64,000 nt of DNA from Candidatus Spyradenecus sp. (GCA_045535075.1 JAZSKX010000015.1:1-64000), one strand, 5' to 3'. Shown: positions 18,817 to 28,670, counted from the first letter of the stretch. Notes: generated by a model from the sequence alone, not told the origin. A program made the numbers and translations.

Positions 18817-20955
18817 ATGAAAAAAATTCTCGCAGCTTTATTTGCTTTTGTCGCCGTCGCGACGGGAACGCCCGCTCTTGCGCAGGATTCTGCCTCGTCC
18901 TTGGCAATGTTCGGCGCACCGGCACAATCTTCCGCTCCCGCGACAAGCGTCGGAGCGTTTTACGCGGAACAGGTAAAATCGGCAAGCTCCGAATCCCGTC
19001 AATTTTCCGTTTTTATAAAAATGACAATGGCTCCCGGCTGGCATCTTTACTGGAAAAATCCGGGAGAAGCCGGAATGCCGCTTAGCGTGGAATGGCAGGG
19101 CGTTCCCGCCGGAGTAAAATTCGGCGAATGGAAATGGAGTACGCCGAAATATTACGAACTTCAAGGCCTCGCAAGCTACGTTTATGAAGATGTCGCTTAC
19201 GTCGAAATCCCTGTTTCCGTGCCGAAGAATTTTCCCGAGAAAACACTTACGCTTACGGGAACGGCATCGTGGCTTGCTTGCGACGATAACGGATGTTTCC
19301 CGCAAGACAAACGAATCTCCGTCCGTATTGATCTCGCAGTAGCGAATCCGGCTGCTTGGAACTCGCCGGAATTTGCCGATGTGCAAAAAGCGTTCCCGCG
19401 TATCGGGGAACTCTCCGCGACGTTTTCCGAAAAGCCCGGTGCAGTTGAAATTTCTTTGAAGAAAAACGACTCCGCTGCACTTCCCGCCGAGTCTCGCTTT
19501 TTTCCGGAAAGCGGAAAATTCGCGGGAACTGCGGCAACCGTCGCTCCCGCCTCCCAAAACGGAGAATTGGTTTTTTCGCTTCCGCTCCTTGAAGGCGAAA
19601 AAATTGACTCCGTAAGCGACCTTTCCGGCGTACTCGTAACGCCTGACGGGAACGCGTTTTCCCTCTCTGCAGAAAAAATTTCCGCCGCCGGGACGACGGA
19701 AAACGTCGCCGCAGACACCAATGATTCAGGCTCGGCATTTTCCCCGGACTTCGCCTTTTTCGGATTGCTGTTGCTGGCATTTGCGGGTGGATTGATTCTG
19801 AATCTGATGCCCTGCGTTTTCCCTGTCCTCGGTTTGAAAATTATGCATTTTGTCGGGAAAGCCGGCTCGGACAAAAAGAAAATCGCGCGCCACGGCTTTG
19901 TCTTCGGCGCCGGCGTGCTGATTTCATTCTGGATTCTCGCGGGAGCGCTGGCGATTCTGCGTAGCGGCGGCGAACAACTCGGTTGGGGATTCCAACTGCA
20001 GGAGCCGGGCTTCGTTTACGGAATGATTTTACTGATGCTTGTTTTCGGACTCTCGATGTCGGGCGTGTTTGAATTTGGTGCCGGTGCAACGAGTGTCGGC
20101 GGCTCGTTAACGGAAAAGTCCGGTTACGCGGGTTCGTTTTTCTCCGGAGTCTTGGCGGTAATTATTGCAACGCCTTGCGCCGCGCCGTTTCTCGCCCCCG
20201 CGCTCGGAAGCGCGCTGACATTGCCGCTCGTGCCGTCGTTTGCGCTCTTTACGGCAATTGCAATCGGGCTCGCTGCTCCTTACGTAATCCTGTCCTGCGT
20301 TCCCGCGTTACTGAAATTCCTGCCGAAGCCCGGAGCCTGGATGGAAACATTCAAGCAGGCAATGGCGTTTCTGCTTTACGCCCCCGCATTATATTTCGTC
20401 TGGGTGCTCATGGGACAAGTGGAAGACGCATTTGCGCAACGCGATTTGCTGATTTCGCTCTCTGTTATAGCTCTCGCATGCTGGATTTACGGGCGATGGG
20501 CAGCGCCGTGGCGTAGCCGATTTGCTCGCATTACGGGAACGCTCGTCGCTCTGGTTCTCTTCGCGGGAACGGTGGTTTATGCAATAAATCTGCTTTATGC
20601 AAAAAAATCCGACGAATGGATTGCGTGGACTCCGGAAGCGCAGGCGGAAGCCTTGGAAGACGGGAAAATCGTCTATATCGACTTTACGGCGCGCTGGTGC
20701 GCAACGTGCCAGGTAAACAAACGCGTTTATGAAGATGCCGATTTGAAAAAAGAGCTCAACGCCGCCGGTGTTGTAAAAATGCGTGCAGATTGGACAAACA
20801 AAAACGCAACGATCGCAGAAGAACTCGAAAAATACGGACGCGCTGCCGTTCCCGTAAATGTTTTCCTCAAAGACGGGAAAACTCCCGTCATTCTCGGCGA
20901 GCTCTTCTCCGGCCCCGGAACCGTTTCCGCCGGGCTGGAAGAAATCTCAAAATAA
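18817..20955 (+). CDS. dsbD: DsbD-family thiol:disulfide interchange protein
   Basis: GWHLYWKNPGEAG, LNLMPCVFPVL, ATPCAAPF, FTARWCATC, RADWT. Confidence 0.9.
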   Translation: MKKILAALFAFVAVATGTPALAQDSASSLAMFGAPAQSSAPATSVGAFYAEQVKSASSESRQFSVFIKMTMAPGWHLYWKNPGEAGMPLSVEWQGVPAGVKFGEWKWSTPKYYELQGLASYVYEDVAYVEIPVSVPKNFPEKTLTLTGTASWLACDDNGCFPQDKRISVRIDLAVANPAAWNSPEFADVQKAFPRIGELSATFSEKPGAVEISLKKNDSAALPAESRFFPESGKFAGTAATVAPASQNGELVFSLPLLEGEKIDSVSDLSGVLVTPDGNAFSLSAEKISAAGTTENVAADTNDSGSAFSPDFAFFGLLLLAFAGGLILNLMPCVFPVLGLKIMHFVGKAGSDKKKIARHGFVFGAGVLISFWILAGALAILRSGGEQLGWGFQLQEPGFVYGMILLMLVFGLSMSGVFEFGAGATSVGGSLTEKSGYAGSFFSGVLAVIIATPCAAPFLAPALGSALTLPLVPSFALFTAIAIGLAAPYVILSCVPALLKFLPKPGAWMETFKQAMAFLLYAPALYFVWVLMGQVEDAFAQRDLLISLSVIALACWIYGRWAAPWRSRFARITGTLVALVLFAGTVVYAINLLYAKKSDEWIAWTPEAQAEALEDGKIVYIDFTARWCATCQVNKRVYEDADLKKELNAAGVVKMRADWTNKNATIAEELEKYGRAAVPVNVFLKDGKTPVILGELFSGPGTVSAGLEEISK

Positions 20956-20958
20956 CCG

Positions 20959-21882
20959 ATGAAATTTGCTGATTCCCTCATTTTCCCTCTCGGGCTTCTC
21001 TGTGCTGTTCCCGCGGCGGCAGACACTTTTTCCGTCTGGGACGAAAATGATTACTGGGGACGTTGGTCGGACAAATACTATACCAATCACACGCGCCTTG
21101 CTTATACTCGTGATTCCGGGGAAACGCCGGGCGCACATTATTTTTTCTCAATCGGGCAGGAAATGTACACGCCGGCAAACAAATCTGCAGCGATTCCGCC
21201 TGCCAACGATCGTCCCTACGCCGGCTTTCTTTACGCGTCCGCCGGATTCGCCGAACATTCGAAAAATCACCTGCGAGCCGTTGAGCTCCAGCTCGGAGTT
21301 GTCGGCCCGAGCGCACTCGCCTACGAATGCCAACGTGATTATCACAACTTCATCGACGAACCGTACCCGAGCGGCTGGGACTCTCAAATCAAAGACCAAG
21401 CCGGAATCAATTTGCTCAGCGAAACCCGTATGCGCCAAATGCTCGCGGGAACGCTCGGCGAAGGATACGCAAGCGACTTAATTCTCCGCGGATTTTTTTC
21501 CCTCGGAACCGTACGCACTCAACTTTCCGGAGGCGCACAAATCCGCTACGGAATTAATCTTCCGCACGATTTCGGCTTCACGACCATGCGGCAAGGCACA
21601 TCCGTTGTCCTCAAACCCGAAGTTCCCGCAAGCCTCTACGTATTCGCGGATTTTCAAGCAGACTTAAATATTTACGACGTTACGCTTGGAGGCGAATTGC
21701 TACGGGAACACGACTCGGACGTTTACGCCTATCCGCTGTCTGCCGAATTTTCTTTCGGCATCGCCGCCGTTTACGACAATTGGTCTGTAATGTTTTTTCA
21801 ATCCTTCCGAAGCCGGGATTTTTCTTCCGCGGATAAAACATTCTTTGCATTCGGCGGTGTTCGTATCAGCTACTCTTTCTGA
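20959..21882 (+). CDS. LpxR-family lipid A deacylase (outer-membrane barrel)
   Basis: ENDY...DKYYTN, GQEMYTP, DRPYAGFLY, GVVGPSAL, GWDSQI, terminal Phe. Confidence 0.8.
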   Translation: MKFADSLIFPLGLLCAVPAAADTFSVWDENDYWGRWSDKYYTNHTRLAYTRDSGETPGAHYFFSIGQEMYTPANKSAAIPPANDRPYAGFLYASAGFAEHSKNHLRAVELQLGVVGPSALAYECQRDYHNFIDEPYPSGWDSQIKDQAGINLLSETRMRQMLAGTLGEGYASDLILRGFFSLGTVRTQLSGGAQIRYGINLPHDFGFTTMRQGTSVVLKPEVPASLYVFADFQADLNIYDVTLGGELLREHDSDVYAYPLSAEFSFGIAAVYDNWSVMFFQSFRSRDFSSADKTFFAFGGVRISYSF

Positions 21883-21883
21883 C

Positions 21884-22543
21884 ATGAATTTTGCTTCTTA
21901 CTTACTCATCGACGCATCTTTACCAAACGCAATTATCGTCGCGCAACTGGATGAAAGCGGACGCCGATGGTCCCATTTTTCGGAAGAACCCGTCGCCGCT
22001 CTCGAAGGCATTTTTTCCGCAGTAGAAACCGTTTGCCCGCAATTCTCTCCTTTCGGATTTCTCTTTTGCGAAGGCCCCGGATCAATCCTCGGCATCCGAA
22101 TCGCCGCTGCCGCAATTCGCGGACGAAATGCCATCGGCAAGCCCGTTCCCGTTCTCGCGTTTCAAAGCCTTCCACTCATCGCAACGCTCATCTCCCGGGC
22201 TTTCCCGCAGGAGAAAAAATTTTGTGTGCTCGCAGAATCTCGAATGAACGCGTGGAACTTACTCTCCGTCGAAAACGGCGTTCCCGCAGACCGATTCCGC
22301 GAAATAAAAACTGCAGATTTGAGCAACTACGCATCGGAAAAAATCTTCCTGCTTCCGCAACGCAGTGCAAAATTGCCGCCGGTAGAAACCGTTCCCGTAA
22401 ACACTGCCGTGCTACTAAGGGAAAATCCCGATGTCTTTGCCGAAAATACGCAACTTCTTCACGATTGCGGAAATGCTCCCGATGCCGTCAATACCGCCGC
22501 AAGTTCCGGCTATGTCAAATGGACGCCCGCGCGGCATCGCTAA
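21884..22543 (+). CDS. tsaB: TsaB-like tRNA t6A biosynthesis protein
   Basis: LLIDAS at the N-terminus, EGPGSILGIRIA, ESR. Confidence 0.65.
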   Translation: MNFASYLLIDASLPNAIIVAQLDESGRRWSHFSEEPVAALEGIFSAVETVCPQFSPFGFLFCEGPGSILGIRIAAAAIRGRNAIGKPVPVLAFQSLPLIATLISRAFPQEKKFCVLAESRMNAWNLLSVENGVPADRFREIKTADLSNYASEKIFLLPQRSAKLPPVETVPVNTAVLLRENPDVFAENTQLLHDCGNAPDAVNTAASSGYVKWTPARHR

Positions 22544-22554
22544 GATTTGCCGTA

Positions 22555-22681
22555 CCGCAAAACACGGGAACGCACAAACGTAGAATCAAAAAGAACGAAC
22601 TCCGATTTATCCCATTCCTGCGCGGCTAACGCCTTGCTTCTCTCGGAGCGTTAGAGAGAAAATCGGACTAATCGGAGTAAA
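22555..22681 (+). repeat. Dispersed ~120-bp structured repeat, copy B
   Basis: Matches the reverse complement of 15463-15583. Confidence 0.75.
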
Positions 22682-22707
22682 AATACAATACGACAGGAAT
22701 TCGCCCG

Positions 22708-22751
22708 AAAACAACGTTCCCGCGACCTTTGCCGCGGGAACGTTGTTTTTT
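22708..22751. terminator. Bidirectional terminator built from an inverted pair of the CGGGAACG motif
   Basis: Perfect 17-bp stem aaaacaacgttcccgcg/cgcgggaacgttgtttt between convergent tsaB and infC. Confidence 0.9.
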
Positions 22752-22755
22752 CGGA

Positions 22756-23433
22756 TTATTCTTCGTCTGTATCGTCGGTGTCGTCGAGCTCGTCATCGTC
22801 AACCGGCGCGGCGTTATGAATGAGCTTGCGTCGATTTTGCGGTACCGGCGAGAGCATTGCCGTAATTGAGCGTCCCATCAGCTTGGGTTGATTGTCGAGG
22901 GTGCCGACGTGGGCGATTGCTTCGACCAGTTTCTGTACTGCTTCAAATCCGAATTCGGGATGTTCGAGTTCGCGGAAGCGGAACATTAGCGTTACTTTAA
23001 CTTTATTCCCGTTAAAGAGAAACATTTCGGCGAGGCGAACTTTAACAAAGAGATCGTGATTGTCGATACGGGGGCGCAGTTTGACTTCCTTCATCTTGGT
23101 TGCCGACTGCTTTTGTTGTTTTTGTTTTTTTGCCTCTTCGTAAAGATATTTTCCGTAGTCAACAATGCGGCAGACGGGCGGTTGGGCGGTCGGTGCGATT
23201 TCGAGCAGATCGAGCCCGTGGAGCTTTGCAATTTCGAGCGCGTCTTTGGTTGCAACAATTCCGAGTTGTTCTCCGCGCGGTCCGATACAGCGAATTTCGG
23301 GAGCGCGAATGCGTTCGTTGCGACGAGGTCCGTTATCGTGCCCGCGGCGGTTTCGGTTGTCGCGTCCGTTACGGTTCATACCGGGGCGAGCGGAATTATT
23401 GTTGTTGCTGCTAAATTGCTTGGGAGCTGCCAT
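22756..23433 (-). CDS. infC: Translation initiation factor IF-3
   Basis: NERIRAPEIRCI, LDLLEIAPTAQPPVCRIVDYGKY, KEVKLRP. Confidence 0.96.
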   Translation of the reverse strand: MAAPKQFSSNNNNSARPGMNRNGRDNRNRRGHDNGPRRNERIRAPEIRCIGPRGEQLGIVATKDALEIAKLHGLDLLEIAPTAQPPVCRIVDYGKYLYEEAKKQKQQKQSATKMKEVKLRPRIDNHDLFVKVRLAEMFLFNGNKVKVTLMFRFRELEHPEFGFEAVQKLVEAIAHVGTLDNQPKLMGRSITAMLSPVPQNRRKLIHNAAPVDDDELDDTDDTDEE

Positions 23434-23497
23434 TCAGTTGTTTTTGTTAAAAGCGTTAGGAAAATCGTGAGTAATTTAAGAAAAAATCACAATTGAA

Positions 23498-24040
23498 TTA
23501 TTCTTGGTCGATTTGAATTTTTTCGCCGGATGCGTAAAGTTCTTCCAAGTTGTAAAGCGCTCGCTGTTCGGCAGCGAAAACGTGGATGACGACGTCAAAA
23601 GCGTCGACGACGCACCAACCGCTATGCGGTTCGTTTTGAATGCGAACCGTTCCTTCGGGAACGACGGCATCAATCACTTTTTCGAGTTCAATACGGATTG
23701 AGCGCAGATGAGGGTCGGATGTTCCCGTCGCCAAAATGTAGAAATCGGTGACGGAGGATTGTTCTCCGACGCGGATAACCTCGATGTTGACGGCTTTTTT
23801 ATCTTGGAGCGCACCAACGCAACGGCGTACCAAATCCATGCCGTGTCCGGTTTTCTCCGTCGGTGTCGAGCTTGTTTTTTTGGTGCGAGAAGCGACTTTT
23901 TTTGCCGGGGATTTCCGGGCTGGAGTTTTCTTTTCCGGCGTTGCTTTCTTTGTCGCGGTTTTTGCGGAAGTTTTTCCGGATGCGGCTTTTTTTACCGTCT
24001 TTTTGGCGGGAACGTCGGATTTTTCTTTTTTAGTCGGCAT
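23498..24040 (-). CDS. rsfS: Ribosome silencing factor with Lys/Ala-rich N-terminal extension
   Basis: DKKAVNI, TDFYILATGTS, WCVVDAFDVVIHVF, YNLEELY. Confidence 0.92.
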   Translation of the reverse strand: MPTKKEKSDVPAKKTVKKAASGKTSAKTATKKATPEKKTPARKSPAKKVASRTKKTSSTPTEKTGHGMDLVRRCVGALQDKKAVNIEVIRVGEQSSVTDFYILATGTSDPHLRSIRIELEKVIDAVVPEGTVRIQNEPHSGWCVVDAFDVVIHVFAAEQRALYNLEELYASGEKIQIDQE

Positions 24041-24920
24041 GAATATAAAGTTTGTTTTTGCGAATGATGCGGATTACGGAACGCGGCATGTAGTTTTCGA
24101 GTTCATCGTCCGAGAGCGTTGAGAGTTTTTCGCGAATAAAGGAAGAGCTGATGTCGACCGGAGGAACGGAGAGCGGTTCGACGCTGACGAATTTTGCCAG
24201 ATCGCTTGGTATTGTCGGGAGCGAATCGCCGTCACGACACATCGCGGCGAAGCGTACCAGGCGGGAGAGCGACTCGATGTCGCGCCATTTCCCGAGAGCA
24301 GCCAATTGGTCTGCGCCGAGGAGCCAATAAAATTCGGCGAACGGGAACATATCGGAAAAGTGTTTTGCCGTTTCGATCGAGTAACTTACGCCGCCGTGGC
24401 TCAGCTCCCAATCGGAAACTTCGAAGCCGGATTTCTTTTCGATTGCGGCGGAGAGCATTGCCAAGCGGGCTTCTCCGTCAGCGTGCGGCGTGCCTTCTTT
24501 GAGGGGCGATTGGGCGGCGGGAACGAAGATTACGCGGTCAAGCCCGAGTGCGTCGCGTGCGGCTTCCGCGAGTGTCAGGTGGGCGTTGTGGACCGGGTCG
24601 AAGCATCCGCCGAAGATGCCGACTTTTTCATAGCAATTCCGCCATCGGCCTTTGGGCGGAACCGGGTCTGCACCGCCCGGGCAAAGCGGATTGCAACGGA
24701 GCAAACGATAGGAAGATAGGGCAAGCCCTTTTAGGAAGCCGTGTCGCATGAATGCTTGCCGTGCATATTCGGAACACGAGGGCGTGAAGCGACAAAACCC
24801 TTCCGAGCCGAAAATCGCATGAAGCGCCGGCGAAATCACGCGGCGGTAAAAAGCGATTACTCCGAGCATGAAGCGCACCGGAAAGCCCTTGAGTGTTTTT
24901 AGTAAACTTTTCTTTTTCAT
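24030..24920 (-). CDS. nadD: YidD-NadD fusion (membrane insertion efficiency factor plus nicotinate-nucleotide adenylyltransferase)
   Basis: N-terminal YRRVISP...CRFTPSCSEY...RLLRCNP...GGADPVP, then GIFGGCFDPVHNAH...ISSSFIR in the same frame. Confidence 0.9.
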   Translation of the reverse strand: MKKKSLLKTLKGFPVRFMLGVIAFYRRVISPALHAIFGSEGFCRFTPSCSEYARQAFMRHGFLKGLALSSYRLLRCNPLCPGGADPVPPKGRWRNCYEKVGIFGGCFDPVHNAHLTLAEAARDALGLDRVIFVPAAQSPLKEGTPHADGEARLAMLSAAIEKKSGFEVSDWELSHGGVSYSIETAKHFSDMFPFAEFYWLLGADQLAALGKWRDIESLSRLVRFAAMCRDGDSLPTIPSDLAKFVSVEPLSVPPVDISSSFIREKLSTLSDDELENYMPRSVIRIIRKNKLYIHAD

Positions 24921-24923
24921 GAG

Positions 24924-25316
24924 TTATGCGACGAGAGTTGAATGTTGCCGCTTGGAAATCTTTGAGACAAGGCGGCGAGCGCCTTCAAGATACTTTGCGG
25001 TTAATTCGTCTACAGTTTGTTCCGAAAATGCGCGGCGTGCAATAACGATTACATCCCAACCTGCGGGAAATGCTTCCGGGTGAGTTCTGAAAATCTGACG
25101 GAAAACCCGCTTGGCTCGATTACGCATTACAGCCCGGTTGCTTACCATTTTTTTGGATGCGATGATTCCGAATCGGGCAAAATTTCGAGGCAAAATTTCA
25201 GGGTCGGGCGGAGCCGCATTTAACACAAAAGACCCGCAGTCGTACCGCGAGCCTTTTGTCCTCAAACGAGCGAAATCGGCCGGTCGCCGAATTCTATGTG
25301 AAGCGGAAAAGCGCAT
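24924..25316 (-). CDS. rnpA: Ribonuclease P protein component
   Basis: RFGIIASKK...AVMRNRAKRVFRQIFR. Confidence 0.92.
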   Translation of the reverse strand: MRFSASHRIRRPADFARLRTKGSRYDCGSFVLNAAPPDPEILPRNFARFGIIASKKMVSNRAVMRNRAKRVFRQIFRTHPEAFPAGWDVIVIARRAFSEQTVDELTAKYLEGARRLVSKISKRQHSTLVA

Positions 25317-25328
25317 TGCGCTCCGCGC

Positions 25329-25463
25329 CTAGTCGGCGAGGCGTTTGCGCCCCTGAGCGCGACGGTTGTTAATCACCGCGCGACCGCCGCGGGTACGCAT
25401 ACGTGCACGGAAACCGCACTTACGCGCGCGGCAAAGTTTCGAAGGACGATAGGTCGGTTGCAT
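25329..25463 (-). CDS. rpmH: 50S ribosomal protein L34 (44 aa, missing from the ORF track)
   Basis: Manual translation [44 protein letters not shown]; lies upstream of rnpA. Confidence 0.95.
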   Translation of the reverse strand: MQPTYRPSKLCRARKCGFRARMRTRGGRAVINNRRAQGRKRLAD

Positions 25464-26079
25464 AGTAAATGTCTCCTAAATTTAAAGTTGAATTACCAAT
25501 GAAATCGTTTCCCGCGGTTGCTGTCAACTGTGTTTTTTCTTCTTCGGATTCAAATGCGGAAAGGAAAAGGGCTGTCAGAAACCAAACGAAAAGGAGCATG
25601 CAAACAAAAAGTTTTACCAGGGTAGCGGCAATTGCTCCGACTAAGGTGCCGAACCCCGCTCGGGCGCTCCCGCCGCAGGTGTTTCCGCCGAGATACTCAC
25701 CGATAAATGCGCCGATAATGGGTCCGATAAGCAAGCCGATAATCGCACCCGGGATTCCCGCCATGACGAGAGAGAAAATCATCGGGAAGACGATGGCGCC
25801 GACGAGTGCACCGACTCCGCCGTGCCATGTAGCTCCGAATTTAACCGCCCCCCAGTAGCTTGACCAGTAGTCAAAAATAAAGGATGCGGCGACAAGGATT
25901 CCCGAGATTGTCAGCGTCCAAATGTTGACGGTCGGCAGAAGCGATTCTTCCGGAGTGAAAATGAAATACACCAAAATTCCTGCCCACGAAACCAGCGGTC
26001 CCGGAATTACGGGAACGAAAATGCCTATGGCGCCGATGAGCAGAAGTATGAAAACAAGAATTATAAGAAAAACTTCCAT
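25420..26079 (-). CDS. DUF456-like membrane protein
   Basis: [35 protein letters not shown]; 3' end overlaps rpmH by 44 nt. Confidence 0.8.
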   Translation of the reverse strand: MEVFLIILVFILLLIGAIGIFVPVIPGPLVSWAGILVYFIFTPEESLLPTVNIWTLTISGILVAASFIFDYWSSYWGAVKFGATWHGGVGALVGAIVFPMIFSLVMAGIPGAIIGLLIGPIIGAFIGEYLGGNTCGGSARAGFGTLVGAIAATLVKLFVCMLLFVWFLTALFLSAFESEEEKTQLTATAGNDFIGNSTLNLGDIYYATDLSSFETLPRA

Positions 26080-26131
26080 GAGAGGAAACTAAGGCTTCGA
26101 AGTGGCGGATGAAAGCTTATTTCTCGGAAAG

Positions 26132-26165
26132 CAAACGCCTTCCCGCAGTCTCGGGAAGGCGTTTG
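26132..26165 (-). terminator. Hairpin downstream of tkt
   Basis: 14-bp stem caaacgccttcccg/cgggaaggcgtttg. Confidence 0.65.
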
Positions 26166-26193
26166 TTTGAAGTGTTTTGCCGGAAACGGAATT

Positions 26194-28179
26194 TTATCGG
26201 CAGGCGGCGACGAGGTTGTCAACGGACATGCCCATCGCTTCGAGGACGATATTTCCGGGGGCGGAGAAACCGAAGCTGTCCGTTCCCAAAACTTTGCCGT
26301 TGAGTCCGACGTATTTCCACCACATCGTTGAGATTCCGGCTTCAATAGCGATACGGTTTGTGCAGGCGGCGGGAAGAACTTCTTCGCGGTATTCCGGTGC
26401 CTGTTTGTCAAAAATTTCCATCGACGGCATGGAGACGACTCGCGTTCCCGCGCCGAGTTGTTCGGCGGCGGCGACTGCCAGTTGCAATTCGCTTCCCGTT
26501 GCGATGATAATGCGTTCGAGGGCGGCGGTTTCCTTTACTGCGATATACGCGCCTTTGAGCGTTCCCGCGCGGCGAAGTTCCGCCGGAATCATCTCCAGAG
26601 CGGGAACGTTTTGGCGGGAAAGACAGAGGGCAACCGGCCCGTCTTTGCGGGCAACGGCGTAGGCGTAAGCGGCGGCGGTTTCTTCCGAATCGCCCGGACG
26701 GATAACGTCGAGGTTCGGAATGCAGCGCAACGACGAAACAAGCTCAACCGGTTGGTGTGTCGGGCCGTCTTCGCCGACAGCGACGGAATCGTGCGTCAAA
26801 ACATAATAAACCGGAAGCTTTGCGAGTGCGGAAACGCGAACGGCACCGCGTGCGTAATCAATAAACGTCAGGAATGTCGAAGCCATCGGCTTGAAAATGC
26901 CGTAGTAGCCGATACCGTTTGTGATTGCTGCCATCGCGTGCTCGCGGATTCCGTAGAAAATGTTACGACCGGCGGGCGTTTCGGCGTCAAAGTCTCCGCC
27001 TTCCTTAATGTAGGTTTTGACGGACGAGAAAAGGTCTGCCGAGCCGGCAATCATGAGCGGATCGTTTTTCGCAAGAGCATTGAGTGCGATTTCGCCGGAG
27101 ACGCGGGTTGCGTTGTTGTTGGCTCCGAATTCCGGAATGAGGGAGAGGAGTGCTTCCGCGTTCCCGTGGTCGCCGGAAATACCTTTTTCGAGCAGGGCGG
27201 CGAGTTCCGGGTTGGCGGCTTGCCAGTCTGCGAATGTTTTTTCCCATGCTTGGTAGTGTTCTTCGCGACGAGCGGCAATAGCGGAAAAATATTCGCGCGT
27301 TTCAGGGGAAACATAGAAGTGCTCCGCGGGAAGACCCCAGTTTTTGCGGGCTTCTTCCGCGAACTTCGCTCCTCCTTCGCCGTGCGCTTTTGTCGTTCCC
27401 GCAACCTCGGGAACTCCCTTGCCGATGAGCGTTTTGCAGACGATGATTTTCGGACGACCGTTTTTGTGCGACTTGGCGTCTTCGTAAACGCGAATCAGTT
27501 CCGCGATGTTGTGCCCGTCTTCCAAAAGCCAGGCGTCCCAGCCGGCGGCTTCAAAGCGGAGCATGGTGTCTTCCCGCTGAGTTTTGTCTGCAGGGGCGTC
27601 GAGCGTGATGTCATTCGAGTCGTAGAAGAGGATCAGATTGTCGAGCCCGAAACGTGCGGCAAAGGAGGCTGCTTCGTAGGAAATGCCTTCCTGAAGGCAA
27701 CCGTCTCCGCAGAGTCCGACGACGACGTGGTCAAAAATTGTGTGTTCTGCGGTATTGAATTTTGCCGCCGCCATTTTTTCGGCGAGCGCCATGCCGACGA
27801 TGTTGCCGATGCCCTGACCGAGCGGACCGGTTGTGGCTTCAATGCCGGGAGTGTCTCCGAATTCCGGGTGTCCGGGTGTAAGGCTTCCGCGTTTGCGAAA
27901 TGCTTTCAGGTTGTCTATCGAGATGTCAAACCCTGCAAGATGCAACCATGCATAGCTGAACATACTTCCGTGGCCTGCCGACAGTACGAAACGATCGCGG
28001 TTGATCCATTTTGCGTGTTTGGGGGCTACGTTCAGGCAACGTCCGAAGAGCGCCGCGCCGATTTCTGCGGCACCGAGCGGAAGCCCCATGTGTCCGGATT
28101 TGCAACCGGCGATTGCGTCAATAGCCAAGCCGCGGGCTTCGTTCGCCGCGCGCGTCAATGCGTTGAGTTCTGTGGTCAT
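26194..28179 (-). CDS. tkt: Transketolase
   Basis: SGHMGLPLG, NRDRFVLSAGHGSM, GDGCLQEG, THDSVAVGEDGPTHQPVE. Confidence 0.97.
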   Translation of the reverse strand: MTTELNALTRAANEARGLAIDAIAGCKSGHMGLPLGAAEIGAALFGRCLNVAPKHAKWINRDRFVLSAGHGSMFSYAWLHLAGFDISIDNLKAFRKRGSLTPGHPEFGDTPGIEATTGPLGQGIGNIVGMALAEKMAAAKFNTAEHTIFDHVVVGLCGDGCLQEGISYEAASFAARFGLDNLILFYDSNDITLDAPADKTQREDTMLRFEAAGWDAWLLEDGHNIAELIRVYEDAKSHKNGRPKIIVCKTLIGKGVPEVAGTTKAHGEGGAKFAEEARKNWGLPAEHFYVSPETREYFSAIAARREEHYQAWEKTFADWQAANPELAALLEKGISGDHGNAEALLSLIPEFGANNNATRVSGEIALNALAKNDPLMIAGSADLFSSVKTYIKEGGDFDAETPAGRNIFYGIREHAMAAITNGIGYYGIFKPMASTFLTFIDYARGAVRVSALAKLPVYYVLTHDSVAVGEDGPTHQPVELVSSLRCIPNLDVIRPGDSEETAAAYAYAVARKDGPVALCLSRQNVPALEMIPAELRRAGTLKGAYIAVKETAALERIIIATGSELQLAVAAAEQLGAGTRVVSMPSMEIFDKQAPEYREEVLPAACTNRIAIEAGISTMWWKYVGLNGKVLGTDSFGFSAPGNIVLEAMGMSVDNLVAACR

Positions 28180-28296
28180 CTCGAATAAGTTGAAAAGTGG
28201 ATTTTATAGCGTTCCCGCGCTTGCGGGGCGAACTTTTTTTTTGTCGGAGGCGATTTTGTCGAAAACAAAAATCCCGCACGGGACGCGCGGGATAAA

Positions 28297-28371
28297 TGGT
28301 TGCCCGACCAGGATTCGAACCTGGACTAAATGAGTCAGAGTCATTGGTGCTGACCGTTACACTATCGGGCA
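28297..28371 (-). tRNA. tRNA-Gln(CTG)
   Basis: Reverse complement TGCCCGATAGTGTAACGG...ACTCTGACT...GGTTCGAATCC...GGGCAACCA. Confidence 0.95.
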
Positions 28372-28380
28372 GAAATTGAG

Positions 28381-28455
28381 TGGAGCCAGAAGTCAGGATC
28401 GAACTGACGACCTATCGCTTACAAGGCGATTGCACTACCACTGTGCTATTCTGGC
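28381..28455 (-). tRNA. tRNA-Thr(TGT)
   Basis: Reverse complement GCCAGAATAGCACAGTGGTAG...CTTGTAA...GTTCGATCC...TGGCTCCA. Confidence 0.95.
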
Positions 28456-28670
28456 CTCCGGCATTTTGCATCCTCGCGGGAAGCAAAATAGAGCTTAAAG
28501 CATTTCATGATTCTGCGGGAACGTCAAATATAAATTATTTGAAAACTGAAAAATATTTGAACGCGGAGAGGCGAAGTTCCCGTATTCAATTTATCATTGA
28601 AAAAAAATCCGCATTCCGTAGGATTTAAGGAACTTATTACTTTAATCAAAAGCTATAACCCGAAGATCTT

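Noticed and set aside
23431..23433. infC apparently starting at ATG rather than the autoregulatory ATT
   Set aside because: The real start cannot be fixed from sequence alone, and ATG-start infC genes exist.
28297..28455. tRNA genes as integration sites (also 39554-39628)
   Set aside because: No integrase nearby, no duplicated tRNA 3' end seen, and the flanks are housekeeping genes.
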